Shown here: one piece after another, positions 1 to 11,649 of the stretch
Numbering within the stretch: the first letter of the stretch is position 1
Layout: every line of letters begins with the position of its first letter
Assembly: GCA_000934665.2 (NCBI GenBank)
Contig: JYFJ02002574.1
Coordinates: 1 to 54,487 of the forward strand
Direction of reading: 5' to 3'
Source: Catajapyx aquilonaris
Taxonomy: Eukaryota
Length of the DNA: 54,487 bases
Notes under the pieces: generated by a model
Told to the model about the DNA's origin: nothing
The model's database searches: none
Seen by the model: the letters and a program-made list of their open reading frames with translations, nothing else
Program-made: the position numbers and the translations under genes

Positions 1-169
1 GGCTGCATCACGGCCCCGTTGGTCCATCCGTTTAACCATCCGTTCCTCCCAGGCCTGTCCGTTAACTATGCACTGCAAGGCTAAGTAAAATCAGGGCCTG
101 CATAGCGTCCTCGTCGGTCAACTGAGAGTCTGAACACAGCAGCACCACTTGCGTTGCTGAATACGATTT

Positions 170-418
170 ATGCAAAAAAAATTGGAAGGCATCATGCCGC
201 AGTTATGCGTTGCCCTTAGGATTTTTCTGTCTATTCCCGTGAGTGTTGCATCGTGTAGCAAGATGGCTCTCGTCAAGAACTCACTTCGGTCAACCATGGG
301 TGATGGACGCCTGAATGATCTTGTTCTCAGCCTTGAGCGTTCAATCTTCAATAATATTGACCACAGTGACATTATAGATTTTTTTGCCGAACAGAAATCA
401 AGAAAGAAGACATTATAG
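170..418 (+). mobile_element. hAT transposase C-terminal dimerisation-domain remnant (ZMYM1-like hAT)
   Basis: PQLCVALRIFLSIPVSVAS..SKMALVKNSLRSTMGDGRLNDL..LSLE...DIIDFFAEQKSRK fits the hATC pattern; the ERSF part is deleted. Confidence 0.8.
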
Positions 419-2933
419 ACTGACTGATGTAAAAAATATATCATACTGTGTTGGAGATGTCTCAATATAAACTGGTTTATCTGAGCAACCATGCTATATT
501 TATCTTATATAATTATAATCGGACCTGCTGGGTTTTTGTTTCGACTTTCGAGTGTATAGGCTATATAACTTTTTATGCGTCCGTACACGTGAAAATGCAA
601 GCAGAGTTGATTCAAATTAGAGTTTCTCATTTACTTTTTAATAATAAAAATGATAACATGTCAATATTGACTTAATTTGTCGCTTTTACATGGCGTGTGC
701 AGCATTACATTGTTTCTTTGCATCACCAATAACATTTAATAATATTACATGCGCATATTAATATTTTAGAAAACAATTCTGATCATGGCTGCAGATTTGC
801 AGACTCAGACGTCGCTGTCATTGCAATTGGCTGCTTACTCATGTCCACCAACATATTTTCCTACTTGTATTTAAGTGAAAGGTGATGTAGAGTGTAGTGT
901 TCAAAATGTTGGCCGGGCTCCACCATGTCACCAGATAATAACGTAAATAAAGATTCAGTTCCCTACGAATAACAGCGCATGAATGCAGCACGAATAACAG
1001 AGGACAACGCTCAACCCAATCATTTTAAAGACAAAGGAGCGGTTTTTTGTCTAGCTGACTGAGGAAATACGTGTCGATTCAAATATCCTTATTCAAAAAA
1101 TAACAGTACAATCAAGTAGATCATTCTGATCAACAATGGTGACGTTACATATTGAATGAGCACAAGAGGGATCAGCATCAGAGACGGACAGAAACCGCGT
1201 CCGCCGTCACTGAAGGACTTCCTTAAAAGCCTGGATGACAAGACAACATACAGTGGGCGAAGAGAAGATTGATTGCAAGTTGACAAAGAAGTACGGGGTA
1301 CGCCACACGGACTCTGAGGGAGTCGGAGGATTTCCTCCTCAGTACGGTGAACTCTCTCGAGGAGAGGATCATGATCGAACATGAACGTGACTTATTCTAC
1401 CTAGGAAGACCCTTGTGATTTCTAAAAGAAGCGACAGATCTAATGAGGATCGTAGAGTCTAGTTTGTTCGGAAAGGATCCCATGTATGCCATCTACATAT
1501 TAACTATCCAGCCGTGAGGGAAGTAAGTGGCCGCGTGCTTCTGCAGCAGTCATTGACAAATTACTTCATCCCTAGAAAAATTCTCAATTTGTATGACTTT
1601 GGAACCAATGTTTTACTACACATCAAACAAAACTGTCAGTATAGTTTAGATAATGTTGACAGAATGATGCAGTGTGCATTGAGGAAGACCCGATTAATGT
1701 GGGTGCCATTGTTGCGTCACATTTCTACGTACCCTTACGCATTACTCGACACAAGCGTTACTCTGCAGGTCTACCAGATTCTGTTCCGCCGAATAGATGT
1801 CTTGAAGCTCTTACAACAAGGAACAGGTTTAAAAAAAGTGAGATTCCGCCGGATAATTTTCCATCCCCTTTTGATGTGGAACGAATACTAAGATAAATTA
1901 TCGAGTCAAGGCAGACAGGGAAGAAACCAAGAGGAGGCGATCCATGGTACCCCCAGTTTTAAACCTAGACCATCTTCACTTAAAGATTTCTTGGACACAG
2001 GAAATATCGCCATTACGGAGGACGCCTTCCGTCTACGTTAACTCCAGAATTCCTTCCAGAAGCTTCCGTTACCCCGCACTTAACTCCTCCATTCCTCCCC
2101 CTTTGGAAGTTATATCAAAGTTCCTGCGCTCTGTTTGAGGCCGCTGCCTCTCTGATGAGTAGACCATGGGCGGGAACCCGAACCGGAGCAGTAATTAAGT
2201 AGCACTAATTAGTCACAACTCTGTGTAGTCTACTCTTGCGACCCACAGCGTAAGATAGAAATGGATAGTAAATGAAGACGAGTGACAGAGTAGTGAATGT
2301 GGCAGTCAGGCCCATGAAAAGTATTCATTGATCATGGGATGACTTAATTTCATTGTGCTGCAACATGTCTCACGATGCAACATTACTGCTCGTCGTAATG
2401 AGATTGGTTTTGACCATAAGCCAGTCCTCTTCTAAGCCTTAATTTTCGCCTTGCGACCCACACTATAATATACCAGGTACTAACTGAAACACCAGACTTT
2501 ACAGTTCATACAATATAATTTATACTGCTATATACCCTTTTTAAAAATATAGCCAGAAGAATAAGACGGTAAATGGTCAGTATCACAAGGAGAAACTATC
2601 GCGGAAAATATCACAGATGAACATTTTTCCGATACAATTAAAACTCCCCGAACAAACTACATCACAGGACACAAACTATCACACATGTTGTAAGATTCAT
2701 GTCTTTACAACCTACAGTAAGACTGAGGTCACGTCCGACCGGATTTTACAGTCAATATTCTAAAACATGTGTCCATAAGTCATTTTTTCGTAATTAGAAA
2801 AACAACACAAAACGATACAACAGCCAACAATCAATGTAAATAATTGTCAAGTGAATGGTACATTGCATCATCGCCCCACTCGCAGCGGTATAAGTGTCCA
2901 TCGTGGGTACCGTAAGAATATTAACCCTTGAAA

Positions 2934-3030
2934 ATGGGACGTGGCCAGGAGGTAGATGAATATGTGAACCAAATCATCATAAAGTTGCACGGGAAAGGAC
3001 GTTCTGGCGCTGCATCGCGCACAGCATACG
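2934..3030 (+). mobile_element. Tc1-like transposase N-terminal HTH fragment
   Basis: MGRGQEVDEYVNQIIIKLHGKGRS resembles Tc1 starts of the form MGRGKELS...IV.LH..GKS; short and frameshifted. Confidence 0.4.
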
Positions 3031-3768
3031 GCGACACAAGGAGTTGGGTGAACTGTCCCCAAGCGACGATCTGGCTGAAGACCACATCACGCATGAGCGT
3101 ATGCTACCGAACGTGGTTCGATAGAACCGGTGGTTGTCCACTGCAGAGGTCATCAAGAGGTCTCACAGGGTAATGATAGTCCAAGTGCAAACGGCGCGCC
3201 GTACAAAACGGTCATTACAGATAATGAGAAGGTACGGATCACAAGTTCACATATTTTTGTTATGGTGTATTTTAAAAGAAGAGGATTAGTGGACCACATC
3301 ATGACTCCACAAGATGACAGAAACAGACCCGTACACGGTGGAAACCTGCCGGATCACACCATTCCGCACGTATATGTAATGAGAAACTATGTCGACTCTG
3401 TAGAAAGAACGTTTGCGTCAGTGTATAATTCACTTCTGAATCAATAACAGCTACAGGATATTAAATACAATGCCTTTTTTCTTTTGTTTCTAATCCTGCG
3501 TGGTTAGATGTCGGGATTGTTTTTAACGAATGATTCCAGTACATCGATATTTTCGTCACGTCTCTTGTGCCAGTAACATTGCCATACTCGTACAACATAC
3601 TCTAAAATATAGAGAAGGGAAAGGTGGGATTGTGGCAACACTATAGTATGGGAAGTCATGGACGACTTTCCTACGCCGATAAGGCTGCAATTAAGAGAGA
3701 GAATTTCGGAACTCGCCGAGCAAGACCAAATGTAATAGTTCTTGTGGTACACGTAGAAACGGCGAAGT

Positions 3769-3910
3769 ACCACTCAAGTAATCGAGTCGCAATGGCGCCC
3801 CTTGAAAGCAAGAGTAAGAAAGGGTGGAATACCAAATGCCACATTTTTCCTTCACTTGGCCGAATATCTGTGGCGGAGGGAGATGAAAAGTATAGGACCT
3901 GATCCATTCA
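3769..3910 (+). mobile_element. Merlin (IS1595/ISXO2-like) transposase C-terminal fragment
   Basis: TTQVIESQWRPLKARVRKGG...HLAEYLWRR.....DPF matches the Merlin TQ.IES.W...K...YLAEFMWR motif. Confidence 0.7.
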
Positions 3911-4901
3911 CGGGATCCGTGTCTGTTTGCTCGAAGCTGTATTCTGTTTGTTACATCCTAAACAAATATATTTTTTCAAATATCTTCATAACAACAAATT
4001 GATATAACATGACTATAATGCAGGGACACCGCTACACATTATTTTACCAGTTTCAGATGAAAATATGAAGACTGCAAGTGACACACACGCTAGACTCTAC
4101 TTGCAGACCTAAGAACAAGAGAAACAGACACTCTCAAGTCGAACAATATCGCCCCATTATTTTGCCAGTCGCTTAACAAAGGTTTTTTTTGTCAGGATTT
4201 GAGCAGTTTCCCATACTTTGTTTGGCCTGATATTTCCTGAAACGTACTAATTATTTAGATCCTCAATTCTACGAGCTAGCTTTAGACGAATAACATTACA
4301 ATCCTCAGGAAGTCGAGGAAGGGACGTACCACCGCAAGGCATCGACAGACACTGGGACGTTGGGGTGTGACTTCCCGTCACTAAATGGCAGGAGAGCCCT
4401 TGGCTGGGACCTAGGGTAGGGAGGGAGAGACCACGACCCTAAGTGACCTAGCGGGGTCAGAGGGATGACCTGACGAGGCCAACTCTGGGTTTATCGTTGC
4501 ATTTCGAAATTAGTTTCCGTGGATTCCTGTCCAAGTGTGGCGGGGAGTGACCAAAATAGGTGTCATGGTCAACTTCAGGTGTCCCGCCACTTCCGGTTTC
4601 CGGGTTCACTCTATCCGCACATGTCGACGAGAAAAAGTATATTCTAATCACGTCGCGACCCTCTGATCCTCTGACCTCCGCAACATTACATAGTTATATG
4701 ATAGCTCTTTTCTCTAATGTGCATAATTCAGAATCGTATAACATAATTTTTATATTGTCATACAGTAGTTTGATCCTAGCAAAATTCTAAATTTGACAAT
4801 GACAGCCACGAGTGCTTCAAATTGTACTCCGCGTTCCAGAAGTCGTATCATCGACAGACAGAGCCATGCTTAAGACTTTTTCTCTCTCTAAAAAGTCTAA
4901 A

Positions 4902-4967
4902 ATGGATGTTTTTAAGGCTGGGTTCCCCGGTCTGGTTTGTCTGATTGATGGGAGTCGCACGCATCAT
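4902..4967 (+). mobile_element. PIF/Harbinger transposase micro-fragment
   Basis: FKAGFPGLVCLIDGS resembles the GFPGVIGCIDGTH first-aspartate motif; very short. Confidence 0.45.
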
Positions 4968-5659
4968 GCCAAAGACAGGTCAAATTAGAATGTGAAAGAC
5001 AATATGCCAAGAAGGAAGCTGTCTCCACTAATCCCGTCGCAAGCCTTTGATCCCGGGGAGATCCGATCTCTATCTATAACACGACGCGACGGTAAGAAAC
5101 CCCATAGGGGTACGAAACCCCACGACGCGACGACCAGGACTTTTTCCATTAATATTTCAACATGTAACGCTTCTTTGCATGATTTATAGGAGGAACAGTT
5201 ACGTGGAGGAAAATGTATGAACAATTGAACATACTCGCCGATACTTATGATGCGCCAAATTTATCACATCTATGAATAGAACACAGTATATACTGATAAA
5301 TCCTCACGAGTACTCGTCTCCTTTGACGAAGGGACATTTTCAAAACCCGGAAGACACAAGAGAAAAGGGCCATCGCCAGTTAGAGGTATATTCATCAGAA
5401 ATATGCAGCTTTTGTTCACAATGAACGTGACGGTTCATGTGAGGCAACAGGCACACTAATAACTAGTGAGAAAAGGCAACCTTCCGTGATATTTTCTTTT
5501 TCCCCATCTCTAGCTACGAATCTTTTTTTATTTTGTTTCTATCAGAAACAACGCCACCTTCATCAACATATGACTGAACATCGGAAAACCTTTTGAACAG
5601 TACATTCAAATATTTTGTAACAGCTCTATTCCGGGCCACGCCACCTTCTTCAACATATA

Positions 5660-6389
5660 CAGGGCTATTCATAAGTCTTGACCCTATTTTAAAAATTCAC
5701 CAAAAATACACTACACAACAGATAGTTATAATTAATATACCAAAAGAGCGAGAAAGGATCCGAGTTTTTTTTACAGCAAACCCCTCTCGTGTTGTAGCCT
5801 TGCTGTGCCGCTAGGAGGCAGTAGTTAGAAAATGATAAATTATACATTATAAATGAACATGGAGGATTACCTCTTTCAACAAGATGGTGCTCCACCTCAT
5901 TTCCATACCCAGGTGCGATGGTACTTCAACCAAAACCTACCACGACGTTAGATTGGACGCACAAGTCCCGATGATGAGGTGTTAATGCGGTGGCCACCCT
6001 GGTCACCCGATTTAACTCGCAACTTTTTCTTACTGGGATTTGTGAACGGCACTGTCTTTGTGCCTCCACTCACTGCCAATGTCCAGGAACTTCGCCACCG
6101 CATCACCATGGCTGTCACAAACTCTCAATGATTGACCTAACAAAAATTTACTCCATTTCGCCCCATACGCGAGCAAGCATGTCACATGCTTGCTCGCGTA
6201 TGGGGCGAAATGGAGTATCGGCTAGATGTGTGCCGGATCTCCAGAGGAGGACACATTGGACATTTGTAATGTGTGTAAAAAAAACTCGGATCCTTTCTCG
6301 CTCCTTTGGTATATTAATTACAACTATCTGTTGTGTAGTGTATTTTTGGTGAATTTTTAAAATAGGGTCAAGACTTATGAATAGCCCTG
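5660..6389 (+). mobile_element. Internally deleted Tc1/mariner DNA transposon with ~115 bp TIRs and TA target duplication
   Basis: TA|CAGGGCTATTCATAAGTCTTGACCC...GGGTCAAGACTTATGAATAGCCCTG|TA. Internal peptide FQQDGAPPHF...IGR...WPPWSPDLT..FFLLGFV (WPPRSPDLTPCDFFLWG-type) with stop and frameshifts. Confidence 0.92.
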
Positions 6390-6591
6390 TAATTTAGAAC
6401 TGTACTTAATAATGATCGATTTACGTACTAGAGAGGTACAGTATGAATATATAAGAGTACTGTAAAGTAAGCTTACAAAATAACGACACCGGCCTCCCCC
6501 ACCACACTTAGATGAAAAATACTACGGTATGTGTTATACGCAAGTTGTACGTCCTTCTTCAGTTCCCTTTTCTCACGACTTTTTAGGTTGA

Positions 6592-6849
6592 CAATTGAAG
6601 GGGTCGGTGCAATACTGCCCTAACCCTCCCAAACCTGATTTTGAGAAAACTGCAGTTGAAAGTTTGAGAGGCCATATACATCCCATATACCATGTGACTT
6701 ATTTCATTTGATTTCTCAGTGACCGATGGCAGAAACTGCACAATTTCAATGGATTTTATTAGATACATGAGTGTAGTACATGGAAGTGTGCTTAACTCAA
6801 TTTGTGTCATTTGGTGGGTTAGGGCGGTATTGCACCGACCCCTTCAATT
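6592..6849. mobile_element. MITE with ~45 bp terminal inverted repeats
   Basis: AATTGAAGGGGTCGGTGCAATACTGCCCTAACCC ... GGGTTAGGGCGGTATTGCACCGACCCCTTCAATT. Confidence 0.75.
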
Positions 6850-7169
6850 ATAAGTACACTTCCATAAAAATAACTAGTTCAGGTCTGTACACATTTGAAA
6901 CAACGGCGGCAAAGCGTGTGAGCATCGCCCAGCTCCAATTTGTCAGGTCCTCCTAATCACTGTGGAGTGATGCTGGTCGAATATTACTGGTGAAATCGTT
7001 CCAGATACCATAGAGATAAAGTAATATAATTACAGGGTCCTCAATGAAGTGTTCGTAAAGTCATCAATAAAATCGGGAGTGTGACAGTATTCTGCACATC
7101 ATGGCCAAGACATACCTCCCCAGTCCTCCCCTGCCCACCACTATCCTTCCTCACTTTTCTTCTTCCCTT

Positions 7170-7265
7170 CTATCAGACGTCCAGCAAGCCATCGACATTA
7201 TCACTGAAGCCTGGTCGTGCGTAACACCGTCAACAATCGTGAAATGTCGGGGTAAAAGTGGGTGA
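7170..7265 (+). mobile_element. pogo/Tigger transposase fragment
   Basis: DVQQAIDIITEAWSCVTPSTIVKCRGKSG resembles the DAI...AW..V...TI.NCF.KAG motif. Confidence 0.65.
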
Positions 7266-8243
7266 AAATTAAAAGCGCATTGAGACAGATCCATGGAAAA
7301 TTATATGCACGGTACGGTCCATTCATGTTACATGTTTCAATCGTCACTCTACGCATATTGTACTATACAAAGACTGGAGAAGGATATTCTTAACGGTCGA
7401 GTTCACCGTTCCAGTTGGTTGGAGTGGGAATGTGGGTGTGCGATAACTTCCCGGAGAAGGACATGGCGGTAGGAATCTCCATGTGGAGCATTCCCAGACT
7501 TGCAGATTTGGCTGACAGTGAGTGGGAATACGGGGTCTGGATCACCCTTGTGAGCCTTATAAACGCATGAATGAATACCGGCGTATCAGCGTCCTTTTGG
7601 GTGCAGAAGTTACGACATTCTTAAAAAGGAAAAGACCTGGTTCTGACCTTTTGTGGCCACCTAATGGCGCCACAGAGGTACGAATTTCTCTCCCATAAGA
7701 AACTCATAACATTTTCTGCCGGTAAATGATGCACACATATCAACTAGGCTACTTTATCGTCAATTATTGACCCCTTTACTCCAATTCCAACCGAATGTGA
7801 TCAGTGGACTTCACTTCAGCACTGCCAATATTTGTCAACTAGACGTGGACGCCAAGAGCAACGGACGAGCATTCCACAAGAAAATATTGTCAAGAAATAA
7901 GGGGCCTCATACGCATCCGGGAGGAAGAGCATCCTTCCTGTTTATACAACAAATTATCTGAGACATATCTGTAAAATATAAGTTATTTCCAGCTTAATAA
8001 TTAGTTGTAACATAAAAAGCATTAAATGAGCTTGGAGATACACCAGTGAAAGACTTGAAATCATAACATGCCCATCATCAGTTGCTTATCGGTTCAGGTT
8101 ATTTGGAAACTTCATACACTGTATGTCAGTGGTCCAGGATCAGTTCCTCATTTTATGAGGGAATGGTAACCACGAAAGTCAACATTAACTAAGAGTCCTC
8201 GACAGGCGCAGAAGGATTCGTCAAAAAAATCAGGCTCATTTAA

Positions 8244-9101
8244 CCCATTCGTTCCCAGCGTTCTATACATAGGACGCTTGGTAAAAAAATATTTCTTGAA
8301 ATTGTGCATATAAATCGCAGAATAAGCAATCTGAACCACTGCATGCAAGTCTAATCTAGTGGGATAATGCAGATACATCACATTTCAGTGATCGCATCAG
8401 CCCCAATTGATTTTGGGAAATGCCAATTTCAGACCTGGCGCTATTGAGTAACTATTTCCTTAAATAATTATAAATATTGTACTTCTACATCTCTGAAAAA
8501 TTAATGCAGTGCGTGACTGTTGCAAGAAAGGTTATGGGAAGCTTCCATAAAATATTTACATTGTTGGCCTTCATGACTGGCGAATGACAGCAAGGGAAAC
8601 AATGGTGTCCTACAATCCACTAAATACTTTTGATAGCCATTAAAGTAATTGCTTAATTTATGTAGATTTGAGCCAATAACAGCCACAGCAATTGGAGAAG
8701 TATTTTAGATCACCCTGTATAGCCAGGTGTTACATAGTGTAACTTTGGACCCATACTTTCCTAGATGAAAAATGAGAAAGGCCGTCGAAAAATTTATTAA
8801 CTCGATGTAATGAGCTGCAATACCTGAATTATTGGGATAATAATGCGATTCCATCATTTCCACTAGTAACACGATTCAATGTGAGTATAGCTACATTTCA
8901 TTGCATTAAAGTGAAGCAATGAGTGGAGAAAAAATTATACGGATTGTCCTAACGTTCTATATATAGGACGCCTTGCAACTTCTGTTGTAATTAAAATTTT
9001 ACGCTGAACTATTTTTGTTCTATCTTAGTTTCTGCCTTCTTACGCATGACTTAAAATATTATTAAAATATCATAAGTAGATCAACCTGGGGAACAAGTGG
9101 G
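8244..9101. mobile_element. Non-autonomous piggyBac-type element
   Basis: TTAA|CCCATTCGTTCCCAG ... CTGGGGAACAAGTGGG|TTAA; the subterminal motif CGTTCTATA(C/T)ATAGGACGC occurs twice. A mariner-like end (GATCACCCTG|TA, ~8719) is nested inside. Confidence 0.75.
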
Positions 9102-10199
9102 TTAATACAACCAAGACATGGCTAAAAATACCATCACATAAATTACATAAATATTATACGACTTTACGTTGTGTGCATTTAGGTAGCCAGTGATCGGATG
9201 CAGAGACGGTCAAGTGCGCCTCTAAAGCAATGGACGATCCATCAGCAAGACCGTGAGACCACAGAATCTCGTAACAATGATGAACCGAAGAAGGCGACAC
9301 CCATGCAGATACAACTCTGGTCGGCCTTGCTGAGATAATGTCCCCTCTAAACAAACGCCACAACTGCACAAGTAGACTCTTATATCCGAGAAAAACTCTT
9401 TGCCATCATCATTGTGATTAAGTCATCCTAAAGACTAGTATTCACCTGATGTCTCACGACATTTTGCAGTTGCGGTGGAAACCCCGACAAGTATCCCTGG
9501 ATTGTCCTCTCAAAGGAAGTGACTTCATCCAGACGGAGTATTATTATCTACCTAGCGTGTCTAATAGAGTGAGACTCTACTGTGTCATATGATGTGCGAG
9601 TCACATGCCACAATATCTAACCTTGTAACAAGCTAATAATGCAACAGATGCAGGTTCATACCAATAATACCAGCACTAAGAACAAGAGATGACAACGCCG
9701 AATCCACTTCCTTTAAAAACCTAGCTGGCAGAGGAGTACGTACATGTCCTTGGTACTCGTACATGTCCAGTATCTTGAATTGAAGAAACAACCGAGTAAA
9801 TCACTCTAATCAACAATGGTGGTTTAATCGCGACAGTTAGTGGCCGGAATTCATGCCAGACCGAAATCAAAACACCTCTGAAAAACATAAATGTACCGTG
9901 ACCGATGAAACACGGCAGAAGTACGTGGTATTTTAGTTTTGAATGTAAAAGTGACCGCTTAACGGACGCCTTGCGAAGTTCTGTGCTTGCGAAGGGGACT
10001 TGACCTCGCATAAGGTGCAAAAGTGGTCATCAAGACAGTTAGACGATGGAAACGAAAAGTTAGCGGTATGAGAGATGTAGATGGTTCAACTTGAGGTCCC
10101 ACCTTCAATCTATCCTGACACTAGGGTAGAGGTCCTCATTAAGTGCCAAGGCAACACGTACACCCGCGAGCATAAAGATGGAGACGGCCGGCCCTCACC

Positions 10200-11400
10200 T
10201 TCGGCAGGCTGCTCTGTCAATCTCAGCAATTACGGTATCAAATATACTGTCATAAATAATTGTACTGTAGTTTATCCTGCTGTAGCCTATAATCACAAAC
10301 ACAGACTTCAGATTCAAATTATATTTTTCCGTTAAATATTGGCAAATTTGTTTCACTATTTAATGAAACCAACAGTACAATATTATGAAGGCTGAGCAAC
10401 ACTACACGCGACTAGTGTGTTCACCTCCAAAATATACGAATTGTCGCGACAATACTTGGTTCCGTGCTCCTTCGTAGAATACTAATATCCTTATTAATTT
10501 GTTTATATTGTTGTCCTTTGGCAAACCTGATTATCAACAAAACAAGGTCCGACAATCACGTGCACCTCGATGTGATGGGTGATTTGGACTACCAGTGAGG
10601 TAGGAGAGCTCGCCTCCGAGGAAAGGTGGCATCTGCCTCCTGGTTTATACCATGTCTCTTGCCGCATTACACATACACAATATCATCAGGGATGATTGAG
10701 CTTATGTCATATTTGCTGTCATTAATAGGTTACTATAACAACGATGCAGGTATGCCTTGAAAAAATTTAGCGTGATCTCATGATAAACTTTGTAACTTAC
10801 TGAGTAAAAGCAGACCATGTCAATTATCCACTTCACTGCAATAAATTTTTGGTTTCTGACCATGAAGCCAGTATCTTCAAAGTATATATTATAGAAATAC
10901 CTCACACAACCAGAACACCTCCATCGCTAGCAGTATGACTCGATTAATGGCCAACACTGTACAGAAGTGATTTCCTTATATTCAGCTCAACATCTAGGAG
11001 GCTACAGGCAAAATAGGCTGACTTTAGACCATTTGATGCAATTCTTTCCAAATTAATGGGTTCAGCATACATGAAACTTGGAGAAATCTGACGCAAAGGC
11101 TGCTCGACTTTTTAGACATTGTAGAACGTGACGGGAACGTCACTGAAATTAAGAGAGCACCAATTAGGATCAACTCTTGTACAAAATAATTATTGTAGAA
11201 GTGTGGTCCGAACGACATCATACCATTTTAGAAAGCCGACCATCTCTGCAAGCTCCAAAGTCACCATGCAATGGGAGCAAAGTCGTAACAAGACCAAAAC
11301 ATCACCCATGATGAATATAAAAACACAGACGGACTTGCTCGAGTTATAAAACTTTCCTTGTTGGTGCCATCAGCCTGAGGGAGAACAATGTGGGAACATA
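10200..11400 (-). pseudogene. Decayed Cys-rich glycoprotein-like coding segment, divergent copy (candidate endogenous viral element); boundaries approximate
   Basis: WIIDMVCFYSVSYKVYHE..FKAYLHRCY (10735-10830) is homologous to FIIDLVCFYSISYKFYHE..LKAYLHCCY at ~12695-12795; many stops and frameshifts. Confidence 0.5.
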
Positions 11401-11649
11401 CGTATTATATCCACGTACGATGTAGGCTACTAGCCAGAAAACAAAGTTGTGGTGATGGTGACGTGACGTTTATAAAGTGCGCTGAATTGGAAAAAACTGT
11501 GGAATCCCTGGTAAAAATTCCGATTTGGCAATGAGGTGGAAACCCAGCCTGATTTTCATAATTGTCCTCCAGCAGAAAGGGACATCAACAGGACAGAGAA
11601 TTGATAACGAAAAGAACCGTGTACTTGACGCGGATCCGACAGGACGTCA

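Noticed and set aside
2150..2195. Hammerhead ribozyme core (CTGATGAG)
   Set aside because: There is no properly placed GAAA (the sequence has CGAAC) and no convincing stem II.
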